Positions 48,333-63,130 of a stretch of DNA of 64,000 nucleotides are shown one piece after another. Position 1 is the first letter of the stretch; every line of letters begins with the position of its first letter. The DNA lies in contig NC_043009.1 of the NCBI RefSeq assembly GCF_006345805.1, forward strand, positions 54,684,001-54,748,000, given 5' to 3'. The translations under genes were made by a program, and so were the position numbers. The stretch is from Octopus sinensis (taxonomy: Eukaryota). Below the pieces are notes generated by a model, which ran no database searches, was not told the DNA's origin, and saw only the letters and a program-made list of their open reading frames with translations.

Positions 48333-50068
48333 TTCTTTTGGTTTCTATCTACCAAATCCACTCACAAGGTTTTGATTGGCCCAAGGCTATAGTAGAAATC
48401 ATTTGTCCAAGGTGCCACAAAGTGGAACTGAACCTGGAACCATATAGTTGGGAAGTCGCACTTGTGTCATACCTTATCTTTTATCTTCTACAAGTTCCAG
48501 TCATTGGATTGTTGTCCTTGATTAACATATAAAACTACCTAATTACATTAAATATGAAATCAATTCAAACAGAAATTGAAGAGATTGAAAATTGGTGGCC
48601 AAACAGAAAAGATCCCAACAAGACACAAACAAACGTGTATGCATACATATGCACATATGATGGATCTCTTTCAGTTGTTATCTACCCAAAACTATTCACA
48701 AGGCTTTGGTTAGCTGGGGCTATAGTGAAAAACACTTGCCCAAGATGTCCAGTGTAGCTGAAACTATGCAGCTGAGAAGCAAACCTTTATTAACTACACA
48801 TGTATGCTAGCAACAAAATTATAAATTTACAATTTGCATAATTATAAATTTACAATTTAGGGACAGGAATAACAGCACCTATATAATAACTAGTGGAGAC
48901 ACATGGCCTAGTGGTTAGAGCAGCGGACTCGCGGTCGAGGAATCATGAGTTTGAATCTCAGACCGGGTGATGTGTGTGTTTATGAGCGAAACACCTCAGC
49001 TCCACGCGGCTCCGACAGAAGGTAATGGCAAATTTCTGCTGACTCTTTCGCCACAACTTTCTCTCACTCTTTCCTCCTGCATCTTGCAGCTCACCTGCGA
49101 CAGACTGGCGTCCCATCCAGGTGGAGAACCTATATGCCAAGGAAATCGGGAAACTGGCCCTTATGAGCCAGGCATGGTTCAAGAAGGAACAAACAATATT
49201 ATAACTATTTTAATAATTTGTGCCCATAACTACTGGCTCATTCAGCATTAAAGTAACAGTCTGAAATGGCTGGGTTTTCAAACAAAGAGATCCTATAACT
49301 GGTATCCTGCAAAATCAGTCTACCCATGGAACTCTGAAAATAGGCAAGTTTTTTTTGAACAGTGAGACATGATTATATTTTTGTTTCCATTAAATTTTTG
49401 TAGTGAGGTTTTGTTTCTTTGTTAGAAACTAGCCACCCCACCCATTTTAGACTGGTATTTTGTTTTACAGACCATCTTCGCTGAAGAGGGTCAAAGGGCA
49501 AAGTTGACTTCAGCAGGATTTGAACTCAGAACATAGAGAGCACTTGTTTATGGGAATAGCTTAGAGAAGAAAAGCAAACAAGCATGCATGCATATATACA
49601 TACAATGTATGTATGTATGTATGTATGTATGTATGTATGTACGGATGTGTTTAGGGAGGTATGAAATATGCTTATAGCATAAAGAATTAAATTTTAAATG
49701 CTGGAATTTCCTGTTATCAAATTGTTTAAATTAATTATCTAAATATATATGTTATGTGTGTATATGGATATTATGTGTGTGTGTGTATGTTATGTATGTA
49801 TAGAAAGGAAAAAGAATTATTACTCCAATCACGGTGGGGGAGACTTGACATTTATTTTTTTATATACTTTTTAGTTTCCATTGACAGCCACTAAGAATGA
49901 TCAATCACGTGCCTCTAGGAGAGGAAGAGAACACAGAGAGATTAATAATAGCGGAGAGGAGAAAGGGAGAGAGAGAGAGAGAGAGAGAGTAAAGGAATGA
50001 ACAGAGAGGGAAAGTATGCCGAGAGAGAAAAAAGGTGACGAGAGATAAGGAGTATATAAACGGGAGAG

Positions 50069-50321
50069 AGAGAGAATTGTTTACTAAATCGGGTATCTCA
50101 TTAAGGAGTGACCTGGAAAATGACCAAGCAGTTACTCTCTCTCTCTCTCTCCCTCTCTCTCTCTTTCTCCATCTCTCTTTATTTCCCCACGTACACACAC
50201 TACATTTAGTTGTTCAACTACGCATTTGATTTAGAATAAAAACCCATGACACAGTAAACGAAATAACTGCTTTCTCTTAGGAATAATTTCAAACCAACAG
50301 GGTTACTGTTGGTGCTTTATT
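50069..50321 (-). repeat. ~250-bp segment, inverted copy of 17478-17720
   Basis: As above. Confidence 0.88.
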
Positions 50322-50328
50322 CGTCAGC

Positions 50329-50329
<1 letters not shown>

Positions 50330-50376
<47 letters not shown>

Positions 50377-50595
50377 TGTGTGTGAGAGTGAGTGAGTGTG
50401 TGTGTGTGAGTGAGTGTGTGTGTGTGTGAGAGTGAGTGAGTGTGTGTGTGAGTGAGTGAGTGAGCGAGTGTGTGTGTGTGTGTGTGTGTGTGTGAGTGAG
50501 TGAGTGAGTGTGTGTGTGTGAGTGAGTAAGCGAGTGTGTGTGTGTGTGAGTGAGTGAGTGAGAGTGTGTGAGTGAGTGTGTGTGTGCGTGTGAGA
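50330..50595. repeat. Compound (GT)n/(GAGT)n microsatellite
   Basis: Direct reading. Other long SSRs: (TA)n 25380-25490, (CAGA)n-like 60140-60335, (GA)n 60985-61052. Confidence 0.95.
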
Positions 50596-51401
50596 GAGAA
50601 CTTTCCGTGCCAGCTTGTGTCGTAAGATTTCTATATTATGCTCCAAGGAAAGGCCATGCTGAAGACGTTGGCAACCGAGGACACCGTTATGTGGTCGTTC
50701 GGTTTACTAGAAACAGCAGCAAAACCTTTTCCAAATAACATCTGCGGTATCACAAAAGGGAAGGGCTCCTGAAATAATTTAGTTCTATATAATCTTTAAA
50801 AAAACCGAGACTGTCACACAGCTGGAATAAACTAGAGCCAGAAAATGAAATCATTGACCCCGAAAGTTATCGTCTGCTAAGGAAATGCAAAATAAGATTA
50901 AGTGTCCATTTATATTATAAGCAAGACAAAGACGGCGACTTAGAATCGTTATTTCGTCGGAATAAATGCCTTGCAGTATGTCTTGCGGAACTTTATATTC
51001 TGAGTTCAAATTCAGCTGAGATCAACTTCGCTTTACATCGCTTTAAAGTAGTGTTACTCAACCAGAGTCCATCATAAGTTTTTTGGGGTCTATGTAGCAA
51101 AATAGTAAATTAGGGGGCCCACAATAGTACTTTAAGGGCCTCCGAAAAAAAACTTTGCTTTAGATGTATATACTCTTTCTCTTTTACTCTTTTACTTGGT
51201 TCAGTCATTTGACTGCGGCCATGCTGGAGCACCGCCTTTAATCGAGCAACTCGACCCCCCCGGGACTTATTCTTTTGTAAGCCCAGTATTTATTCTATCG
51301 GTCTCTTTTTGCCGAACCGCTAAGTAACGGGGGCATAAACACACCAGCATCGGTTGTCAAGCAATGCTAGGGGGACAAACACAGACACACAAATATACAC
51401 G

Positions 51402-51457
<56 letters not shown>

Positions 51458-53098
51458 TACGACAGGCTTCTTTCAGTTTCCGTCTACCAAATCCACTCAC
51501 AAGGCATTGGTAAGTATTTCAAGAAATAGCTAGGTTTCATTGTCAAATGTTTTACATAATTCAGTCTACACAAGTTAATGTGCAGAAAATAAAATAGGAA
51601 TGTTGAAAGGAGTTTCTATAAAACTAGTGTTTAAAAATCGAATGGCTATGGGGGTTCACCAGACAAATCAAAGGGGTCCATAGGTAAAAGAAATGGTTGA
51701 GAACCCCTGCTCTAAAGGGTGGAATTGGCATAAGCCCTCCACCAAAAACTGCTGATATTATTACTATATCAGAAAGTATATAAACAGGACAAGTGTGCCC
51801 ACCAAGATATTTAATAATGAAATATCGTTACAGCTGGCAGAAACGTTAGCACGCCGGGCGAAATGCTTAGCGATATTTCGTCCGCCGCTACGTTCTGAGT
51901 TCAAATTCCGCCGAGGTCGACTTTGCCTTTCATCCTTTCAGGGTCGATAAATTAAGTACCAGTTACGCACTGGGGTCGATATAATCGACTTAATCCGTTT
52001 GTCTGTCCTTGTTTGTCCTCTCTTGTGGGTAGTAAAGAAATAGGTATTTAATGTAAAAAATACCCCCCCCCAAAAAAAAAACATGGTGGGCACGTACAAA
52101 TGCATTGAAAATTTCCCAAAACTATGTGATGTGTGGCAGTATAAATACGTGTGCGCGCTCGCCAATTTTCTTTTTCACATTAAATCCCAATAAAATCGTA
52201 ATGTACACCACCTGAAAGGCATCAGTATAAAATTTCATTAAAAAATACCCATTTCCTTAGTTATGAGAACACAAAATTAGTGAGGCAAAATCGGTGAAGG
52301 TATCCCCAAAGCAAAACAAACCTGTGTTGGAGGAACGTAGAAAAAAGATGTTGTGATGTTCATGCTTCTCCAAGAGTATTACTGTTTTGATAGATGTGTA
52401 TTTAACGTCAATCGAAAATCATAACTATGAATGAACAAGCCTCAATTGGTCTTGTTTCTTACGTATTTCTTTATTTGCATATTACCTTACGGCGCACGAC
52501 ATACATTCCCAATAAAACACACACAAAAGAAAAAGGAAAATTAAAATAAAATATGCAATAAGTTTTGAGTGTGCCGAGATCTGTGTATATAAAAAGGACT
52601 AAATTCAAAGATGCAGTTTCCATTCTTTGGAAAACAAAAAACAAGTAACAGGAGTGGCTGTGTGGTAAGTAGCTTGCTTACCAGCCACATGGTTCCGGGT
52701 TCAGTCCCACTGCTTGGTACCTTGGACAAGTGTCTTCCACTATAGCCTCGGGCCGACCAAAGCCTTGTGAGTGGATTTGATAGACGGAAACTGGAAGAAG
52801 CCCGTCATATATATGTATATATATATATTTGTGTGTGTGTTTGTCCCCACAACATCGCTTGACAACAGATGCTGGTGTGTTTACATCCACGTAACTTAGC
52901 GGTTCGGCAAAAGAAACTGATAGAATAAGTACTAGGCTTACAAAGAATAAGTCCTGGGGTCAATTTGCTTGACTAAAAGCGGTGCTCCAGTTGGCTGCAG
53001 TCAAATGACTGAAACAAGTAAGAGAGAGAGAGTAAAAAGAGTAACACAGTTTGTAACAAAAACACCATATACACGTACATAAATGTGTATGAATGTAC

Positions 53099-53129
<31 letters not shown>

Positions 53130-55935
53130 CATGTGTGTAACTCTTTTTGAAGTTGAAAGGATTTCACAAACTGTTACTCAGAGTTTCACATAAACAATCA
53201 TCAGACAGTTGTGGTTACGCAAAATTCTGAGTAACAGTTATTGAAATTTTGTGAGATTCAATAAATTACTATTTTGCTCTACCTTTCGTATTCGAGCACT
53301 ATTTTTCTTTTCGCCTTGTCTTGCACAAATGTGCCTGTGTGCGTATGCATGCACATGCAGTATGGTCCACTGGTTAAAAAGGTTACTTCTAAACTACATT
53401 GTCCAAAGTTTGAATCCACTGCATGGCACCTTGGACAGATGTCATTTAGCCTTGAGTTGGCTCAAACTTTTGAATGAAATTGAGTTGAGGGGAAACTGTA
53501 GAGAAGTCCATCAGTAAAGCTGACTCTGCCTGAGAATACGTGTATCTATGGAATGCCTACGGTGCTCTCTGTGTCTCTTACCAGCTAACATTACTTTTTT
53601 ATACTTCAAGCCACCGCTTTCTCTCCTCCAAGTGACATTTTACTGACAGTCATCATACACCAGCAAAAATATAGCTGTCATCAGTATAAAAAAATGGGGG
53701 TAAAAGACTCCCTTCAGTCATGAATGACTGTGGGATTGCACCTAGAAAGTTCCCCTCTGAGGCATAAGTCTGGGCAAGGTTGTTTATGGAAGACCAGCAG
53801 TCGCCCACGCATACCAGCCTCCCCTCTCCATGCTACTGATGTTATCCAAGGGAAAAGCAAAGGCCAATACAGCTTGGCACCAGAGATGTCGGAACTCATT
53901 TCTACAGATGGGTGAACTGGAGCAATGTGAAATAAAGTGTCTTGCTCAAGAACACAACACACAGCCCAGTCCGGAAATCGAACTCACTACCACATGATTG
54001 CAAGCCTGATGCTCTAACCACTGAGCCATGTGCCTTCACTATGCCATCAGTTATATCTCTCCCACTACCCATGCCATACCTCTGTCTTTAAATCTTGTCT
54101 TTATTTCATTACCTCTAGTACTGTCCCCCCCTCCTCCATGTACATAGTCACTTCAACTATTCTGTGTCTCCACCCTTATTACGCTCTCCATTTTCCCCTC
54201 ACTCTAGGTCACCTTTTATAATTATCTTCTCTCCTACCCATTCTCATTTCTTTACTACCCACAAGGGGCTAAACATAGAGGGGACAAACAAGGACAGACA
54301 AAGGTATTAAGTCGATTAGATTGACCCCAGTGCGTAACTGGTACTTAATTTATCGACCCCGAAAGGATGAAAGGCAAAGTCGATCTAGGCGGAATTTGAA
54401 CTCAGAACGTAACGGCAGACAAAATACCGCTCGGCATTTCGCCCAGCGTGCTAACGTTTCTGCCAGCTTGCCGCCTTTCTCCTACCCATTCTGTTGATGA
54501 TGCTGCCCTGACCAAATGGAAGCAATGTAGAATAGTGAAGACTGCTATCTTATGAAGTACAAGGTAACCTCACCAGTGGTGCCACGATGAAATGTATACA
54601 GCGCACTCTATAGACTTCTTGATGAATTAGTGGAAACAATGCAAGGTCAGGAAGCTTTTAGTCTTGTCTTCTTGAGGGCATAACGACCTCACTAATACTG
54701 ATGCCATAAAATGCACCTAGTACACTTTGTAAACTAGAGTTGGCAATAGACTTAGAAAGGACAGCAATCACAGGCACAAAATCATTATACCAACTGCTGC
54801 TGAATTGTTGTGCAATATCATTGATTAAATACCTCATCATCATCATCATCATCATCATCATGTAATGTCCACTATATCATGCTTGCATAGGTCAGAAGGA
54901 ATTTGCTAACTCTTTACTCTTTTACTTGTTTCAGTCATTTGACTGCGGCCATGCTGGAGCACCGCCTTTAGTCGAGCAAATCGACCCCGGGACTTATTCT
55001 TTGGAAGCCTAGTACTTATTCAATCAGTCTCTTTTGCCGAACCGCTAAGTTACGTGGACATAAACACACCAGCATCAGTTGTCAAGCAATGTTGGGGAGA
55101 CAAACACAGACACACAAACATACACACACACATACATATATACATATATACAACAGGCTTCTTTCAGTTTCCGTCTACCAAATCCACTCACAAGGCTTTG
55201 TGTCGGCCCGAGGCTATAGCAGAAGACACTTGCCCAAGGTGCCACGCAGTGGGACTGAACCCAGAACCACTCCTACGCCTATTAAGGAAAATTTCTTTCT
55301 ACAGCAAGATGTCCTTTCCTGTCACTAACCCTCACCTGTTTCCCCATCAAGGTAATATTTTCCCCTAAGTAGGTAGGCATGATTTTCATGGAAGATTAGA
55401 AACAAACTACCTTACTTGTATGATGATGATGATGATGCTCATTTACAATCACCATGCAATGTCTGGGGAAGGAAACACACAAACAAAAACAAAACAGGCT
55501 TCTTTTGGTTTCTTTTATCTGAATTCAAGACCACATGGTTGGGAAGCAAGCTTTTTGACCACACAGCAACACCAGCACCTCAATACAATGTGTACCATCG
55601 AGATTTCTGTACACTTATCTACAATATCAGTGGTTTTCAACTGGGGTCCATCTGGCCCTTGGTAGTCAACATAAGATTTTGCTGTTAAAATTTATGCGCA
55701 ATAAATTGGTTATACTTACTCTTTTACTTGTTTCAGTCATTTGACTGTGGCCGTGCTGGAGCACCGCATTTAAGTCAAGCAAATCGACCCCAGGACTTAT
55801 TCTTTGTTAGCCTAGTACTTATTCTATCATTCCCTTTTGCCGAACCGCTAAGTTACGGGGACATAAACACACCAGCATTGGTTGTCAAGTGATGTTGGGG
55901 GAGACAAACACAGACACACAAACATATACACATAC

Positions 55936-55976
<41 letters not shown>

Positions 55977-56898
55977 TACGACGGGCTTCTTTCAGTTTCC
56001 ATCTACCAAATCCACTCACAAGGCTTTGGTCGGCCTGACGCTATAGCAGAAGACACTTGCCCAATGTGCCACGCAGTGGGACTGAACCCGGAACCATGTG
56101 GTTGGTAAGCAAGCTACTTACCACACAGCCACTCCTACGCATATACTTCTACAAAACACAAACTATTTAACAATTTATTTTTATACAATTCCTAATAATA
56201 TTTAACTATAAAAATATAAAGGGGCCCTTTGAAACATTGAATGCTTATTATCCTGTACAGTAAGATAGGAAACAAAGGAGTCCCTTGACCAAAAACATGG
56301 TTGAGAACCAATGTACTTATATATTTGTTGTATGGTATTTAAATATCCCAACTTACATTCCTTCTCTCTCTCTCTCTCTCTCTCTCTCAACATCAGGGCA
56401 CATTGAAGGTATTTTTCACAACCATTCTAGGACACCTATTATATTTCATTCATATAAAGTGACTGCTTTGTTCCTTTGTCCTTTTCTTATTGATTTATGT
56501 AACAACCCACCCAACCCATGATATCAGCAACAGTTATATATCATGTGTATATCAAGGTGTACTTATGGTGCAAATTTCCTGTTTGGCTAAGTCACGTAGT
56601 CATAAAGTCATAGCACCCACTACCAATTGTGAGCTGAGATTTGCAGATCTTTCTTACCTTTCAGTTACTGAGATCAATAAAATAAGTAATTGTCTATAGA
56701 CTGAAGGGTTTAATATTATCCATAAAGGCGCAGACATGGCTGTGTGGTAAGAAGTTTGCTTCCTAACCACGAGTCTCTGGGTTCAATCCCACAGCATGGG
56801 GTTGGAGTTAAGTTTCAGATTTAAGGATTTAACTGAGCACTAACTGGTGGTTACCCATACTGCACTTACTTTAGCATTGTGTGCATGTGTATACATAT

Positions 56899-56966
<68 letters not shown>

Positions 56967-57422
56967 GGAGGCGCAATGGCCCAGTGGTTAGGGCAGCGAG
57001 GTTTCGATTCCCAGACCGGGCGTTGTGAGTGTTTATTGAGCGAAAACACCTAAAAACTCCACGAGGCTCCGGCAGTGGGTGGTGGCGATCTCTGCTGTAC
57101 TCTTTTGCCACAACTTTCTCTCACTCTTTCTTCTGTTGGCCTGCTTGCTTAGCCAGCGGGGTGGTGTCATTTGAAGGCTAAAACAATGTGAAGCACATTG
57201 TGACCAGCGATGTGTAGCAACATCTGATAGCCTGGTCGATCACGGTGACATATCTAAGGATAAGATTGTTATTTAAAATACTGATCAAATCAAGTGGCTA
57301 GCATGGGAATAAAAACCTCATAGGTAATAACTATTATTAGAATTATAATTAAGGGTATCTAATAGATACCACATGCTAGCATGGAGAACGGACGCTAAAT
57401 GATGATGATGATGATGATGATG

Positions 57423-57540
57423 ATGCTAGATATAGCAGTCAAAACTTGACTCTAAAACCACATCAAATATTCATACATTCATTGCTGTATGAATATTTGA
57501 TGTGGTTTTAGAATCAAGTTTTGACTGCTCTATCTAGCAT
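57423..57540. repeat. Hairpin with 55-bp arms and an 8-nt loop
   Basis: 57423-57477 pairs with 57486-57540, 2 mismatches. Confidence 0.9.
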
Positions 57541-58027
57541 GGTGGTATCTTTTCGATATATATGTATGTGTGTGTCTGTGTTTGTTCCCACAACATCGCT
57601 TGACAACCGATGGTGGTGTGTTTACGTCCCGTAACTTAGCGGTTCGGCAAAAGAGACCGATAGAATAAGTACTAGGCTTCCAAAGAATAAGTCCTGGGGT
57701 CGATTTGCTCGACTAAAAGGTGTTGCTCCAGCATGGCTGCAGTCAAATGACTGAAACAAGTAAAAGAGTAAAAAGAGAGTAAAGAGTTGTTTGCTTAGAA
57801 GAAGCTTTTTTTCACTCTCTATAAATTTCTCAGTAACAAGCAGAAGCATTTGTTCAGATAGTAGAAAGTTTTGAACTTTGTTTCAAAATTTGGATCTTGT
57901 GCTTGAAAAATAAAACTCATAAACCTGGGGTCTCATAAAGTGAAGTATTACTTGTACATGTAATTTTAATAAGTACCAATGCACAAAACTGTCAGACCAT
58001 GAGTCACTCTGTAACTTCTGCTAAATA

Positions 58028-58058
<31 letters not shown>

Positions 58059-58580
58059 TCATCATCATTTAGCGTCCGCTCTCCATGCTAGCATGGGATG
58101 GACGGTTCAACTGGGGTCTGGGAAGCCAGAAGGCTGCACCAGGCCCAGTCTGATCTGGCAGTGTTTCTACAGCTGGATGCCCTTCCTAACGCCAACCACT
58201 CCGTGAGTGTAGTGGGTGCTTTTTACGTGCCACCGGCACAGTTGCCAGACAGGGCTGGCAAACGGCCACGGTCGGATGGTGCTTTTTACATGCCACCGGC
58301 AATATATATATATATATATATATATATACATGCGTACGCACACTTGTGTGTGAAATAGATCATCATTTAATGTCCCTTTTTTCATGTTGGCACAGGTTGG
58401 ATGGTTCGTCATCAACAGATGAGCCAAAGGAGTGCACCAGGCTAAAGTATCTGCTTTCGTATGGTTTCTACACCTTGATGCATGCTCATTCTAATCTCAG
58501 CCACATCGCATACACTTTCTCTATGACTTCTTGAGATGCATGCCCTTCCTGATGCCAGCCCTTCTTTCCAAGTAAGGTGC

Positions 58581-58614
<34 letters not shown>

Positions 58615-59606
58615 CACTTGACTGACCAGACCATCAGATTTTGCTACACATCGCTGGTCACAATGCGTTTGCATTGTTTTAGCCTTCGAACAATGCCACC
58701 CCGCTGGCTATGCGAGCAGGCCAACAGAAGAAAGAGTGGTGAAAGAGTACAGCAGGGATCACCACCCCCTGCCGGAGCCTCGTGGAGCTTTTAGGTGTTT
58801 TCACTCAATAAACACACACAACGCCCGGTCTGGGAATCGAAACCGCGAGTCCGCTGCCCTAACCACTGGGCCACTGCGCCTCCACATATATGTATATATA
58901 TATTGTCGGACATGAACAAACAATACAAATATGTGTTAACAAAAACACGCACACACACACACACACACACACATCATCATTTTAACACCCACTTTTTCTG
59001 CTCACATGGGCCAGATGGAATTTGTCAAAGCAGATTTTCCACTACTGGGTGCCTTTCCTGTCACCAACCCATACCAGTTTCCAAGTAAGGTAATGTTTCT
59101 CTGTGGCCAGACATGTTTATCACAGGAGAGAGATTGGAATATGAACAAGGCCTGTTCACATGCATCCAGTGTAGAAACCATACCACTGCTGGTTCCATAT
59201 AAAAAGTGCCATTGCTGGTTCCACGTAAAAAGTGCCCACGCTGGTGTCACATATAAAACACTGAGGATTGTGCCATACAAAAAGTATCCATTAAACTCTG
59301 TAAAGTGGTTGGTGTTAGGAAGAACATCCAGCTGTAGAAACCAAACCGAAACGGACACCTGGAACCTGATGCAGCTCTCTGGCTTGCCAGCTCCTGTCAA
59401 ACCATCCAACCCATGCCAGTGTGGAAAACAAACATTAAATTGTGGCAGGAGTGGCTGTGTGGTAAGTAGCTTGCTAACCAACCACATGGTTCCGGGTTCA
59501 GTCCCACTGCGTGGCATCTTGGGCAAGTGTCTTCTTCTATAGCCCCGGGCCGACCAATGCCTTGTGAGTGGATTTGGTAGACGGAAACTGAAAGAAGCCT
59601 GTCGTA

Positions 59607-59653
<47 letters not shown>

Positions 59654-60982
59654 TTGTGTGTCTGTGTTTGTCCCCCTAGCATTGCTTGACAACCGATGCT
59701 GGTGTGTTTACGTCCCCGTCACTTAGCGGTTCGGCAAAAGAGACCGATAGAATAAGTACTGCGCTTACAAAGAATAAGTCCCGGGGTCGATTTGCTTGAC
59801 TAAAGGCGGTGCTCCAGCATGGCCACAGACAAATAACTGAAACGAGTAAAAGAGTAAAAGAGAAAAAGAGTATGATGACACACACACACACACACACACA
59901 CACAGGTTTCTACACAGATTCCGCCTACTAGACATTGGTTGGCCTAGGGTTATAGGAGAAGACACTTGCCCAAGGTGCCATGCAGTGAAACTGAACCTGA
60001 AACTATGTGGTTGTAAAACGAGCTTCCTGGCTACACAGCCATGCCTGCACCTATGTATGTATGCATGTGTGTGTGTGTTTTGATGGATTGTAAACCAAAT
60101 GGATATTAATATGTAGAAGTAGAAAGATTCATGAGGCAGAACTGAGACACAGACAAGCGGGCAGGCAGACACACAGACTGAAAGACAGACAGACTGACTG
60201 ACTGACTGACAGAGACAGACAGATACACGAACAGGCAGACACAGTGTCAGACACAGAGACAGACAAAAACAGACAGGCAAACACAGATACACACACACAG
60301 ACAGACTCAAACAGACACACTGACAGACAGACAGGCAACGATGGAACTGGATATTAATAACTTATAAGCACATGGTATTTCATTATGCAATGTTTTATAA
60401 GTCAATACCTATTTCTTTACTACCCACAAGGGGCTAAACACAGAGGGGACAAACAAGGACAGACATTAAGGTATTAAGTCGATTATATCGACCCCAGTGC
60501 ATAACTGGTACTTAATTTATCGACCCCGAAAGGATGAAAGGCAAAGTCGACCTCGGCGGAATTTGAACTCACGTAACGCAGACGAAATACCGCTAAGCAT
60601 TTCGCCCGGCGTGCTAACGTTTCTGCCAGCTCGCCGATAAGTCAATACCATGTACTACTGTGTTAGCAGTGCACTTAAATCACGTGTTAAGGTCATCCCT
60701 ACAGATTTTCTATGGAAATTATAGCCTTCAAAACATTAAAACAAAATCAGTGCTAGCCATAATTTCTATAAAAATTTTGTAGAGATGACCGTAACACCTG
60801 ATGGAACTGGGTATTAGGGACTACGAGTTACATTAAGGTTCATGAGGTGAGATTTGGGGAAGGTGGGACTAGATGCTATACGGAAAAAAAAAGTTTTAAA
60901 CAATTTTATTCTCTATCACTCATTCTCTGTCATTTGACGCTATCAGAAATTACATAGTCTGTGAACCTCTGTGTGTGTGTGT

Positions 60983-61055
<73 letters not shown>

Positions 61056-62649
61056 TTGCTTGTTCGTTTATTGGAAATGACAAAAATTTGCTGGGTTTTT
61101 TCCCCGTCAAAATTTATCAGCTGCGCCAACAGTTGGGATACTGCTCATTCATTCACTCTTTCTATATTTCTATACTTCCCAATTCTACCAATTAACCCAC
61201 TCCTTTTGTCATTTTACTTTCCTTTTACCAGTGTGACGGAAGTGTAAACTGCATTTTATTGTAAGATGTGTGACTGTGAATGCTTGTGTGTGAAACTGAT
61301 AGGTATATTGTATAATTTATGATAAAAATTTAGTTTCATTTTGGTTAAAGTAGCAGCAACTACAGAGCTCACTCCTATTCTCCTGTCAATTTAGTGTCTA
61401 TGACTGTCACTCACTCCCACTCCGTTTGCTGTTTTAGTTTCCCTTTGCCAGCGTGACCGACCAGATACACATTGCGTTTTATTATGCGTAAGATATTTTT
61501 CTGTCTTTCATAATTATACTCCTAGATAGACAACGACGGAAAAACAAATAACAAAATCTCCCTCAAAAGTCATCGTATTGTCTATGGTCCATTCGATCAG
61601 AGCTGACCAAGAGCTAAATATCAATATGAAGATGCTTCTGTGTGGTCACTGGACAATGTTAGAAATAGCAGCTGTGACTTCTTTAAATCACATCCAACCA
61701 TCTTAAAAAAAAGTGAGAGGGTGAATATATTGGATAATAGTCAGGTGGTCGAGTGTACTCTAGACTTAGAATTAGAAAAAAAAATCATCGTTGAAAACTT
61801 TCGATCACCGATAGGTTTGCTCGATGAAAACCGACTCAATGCAAAACCATAACAACTACAGCATCAATAGTGCTTTCGTTTTGCTGCTAATGTCACTTCG
61901 ACATTTCAGGTTTAGTCATAATGAAAACTTGGTTTCCTTTATTATTATTATTTACTTACATTATTTTTTTCAGTTGGTTGGCAACACAAACATACCGAAT
62001 ATTAACAGAAGTACAGTTGTCCGGTTGTATAGCTAAGCTGGCAGAAACGTTAGCACGCCGGGCGAAATGCTTAGCGATATTTCGTCTGCCGTTACGTTCT
62101 GAGTTCAAATTCCGCCGAGGTCGACTTTGCCTTTCAACCTTTCGGGGTCGATTATATAAGTACCAGTTACGCACTGGGGTCAATATAATCGACTTAATCC
62201 GTTTGTCTGTCCTTGTTTGAACTTTCTGTGTTTAGCCCCTTGTGGGTAGTAAAGAAATATGTATAGCTAAGAAGCGGCAGACCTTGGGCTAGTGTCTTTC
62301 CACAATATATAACCCCAGTGCCCTCAGGCTACGAAAGTGAAAAGATCCGACCAATGTCTTGTGAGTGAATTTGACAGACGAAAACTCTGTGTGTGTGTGT
62401 GTGTGTGTGTGAACCGCCACTTGACAACTAGCAATGGTTTGTTTACATCCCAGTAACGTAGCGGTTCGAAAAAAAATATATATATATAAAGTAAGTAACG
62501 GACTTTAAAAATCAGTACAGTGGTTATTTTGTTCGACTAACCCAACAATGCGGTGCTCCGGCGTGGCCGCAATCAAAGGGCTGAAACAAAAGATTTTTAA
62601 AAAAAACAAACAAACAAACAAGTAAAAGAGTAAACAACCTTTAGCATCA

Positions 62650-63130
62650 ACAAAAACGACAAAATCAAACACAAATAATAACGATGACGAATCACTGTCG
62701 TCACCGATATTGTCAGCATCGATGTCAACAACATAAAACGTAAAAAGGGCGAAAGAGCCAACCGACCGAAGCTATTGCGTAGTAGTCATTCGAAATAACA
62801 GCCAAATAGCCTCCAAAACAAGAGCGCGCGCACAAACGCACCGAAGGACATTACCCACAGCGACAACACGCATAAACAGTTATGTGGTCGTCCAGCCTGC
62901 TTAAAATAGCAGCCAAACACATTGTAGTGCGTTGGTTGATACGAGAAAGTAACATCAAATAATGAATGAGGTCTTAGATCTATGTTTACGTCTTCAAAAG
63001 GAGGGGCGGCCACAGCCGGATTGCAGTTGGTCATAGACCTGTTCCGCCAGAGCAGACCTGGCAAAACTGGCTCTTCGCGCCTACACACACACAAATTATG
63101 GCCGTCTATTCTACGTCGCAATTGTTCAAA
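62650..63130. promoter_or_regulatory. CpG-rich segment, candidate promoter or first exon
   Basis: Visibly higher CpG density than the window, GGGGCGG box at about 63002, GCGCGCGC run, not matching the SINE families seen here. Confidence 0.3.

Noticed and set aside
50317-50646. His/Thr-rich 109-aa ORF
   Set aside because: Translation of a (CA)n/(CTCA)n microsatellite.
56967-57050. tRNA gene
   Set aside because: The tRNA-like head runs into a conserved SINE body found in four copies, and the cloverleaf is incomplete.
59002-60310. 226-, 178- and 181-aa ORFs
   Set aside because: Translations of SINEs and (CA)/(CAGA) microsatellites. The same peptides recur at every SINE copy.
62786-63121. 111-aa ORF in the CpG-rich patch
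   Set aside because: No recognisable domain or splice logic. Open frames arise more easily in GC-richer DNA.
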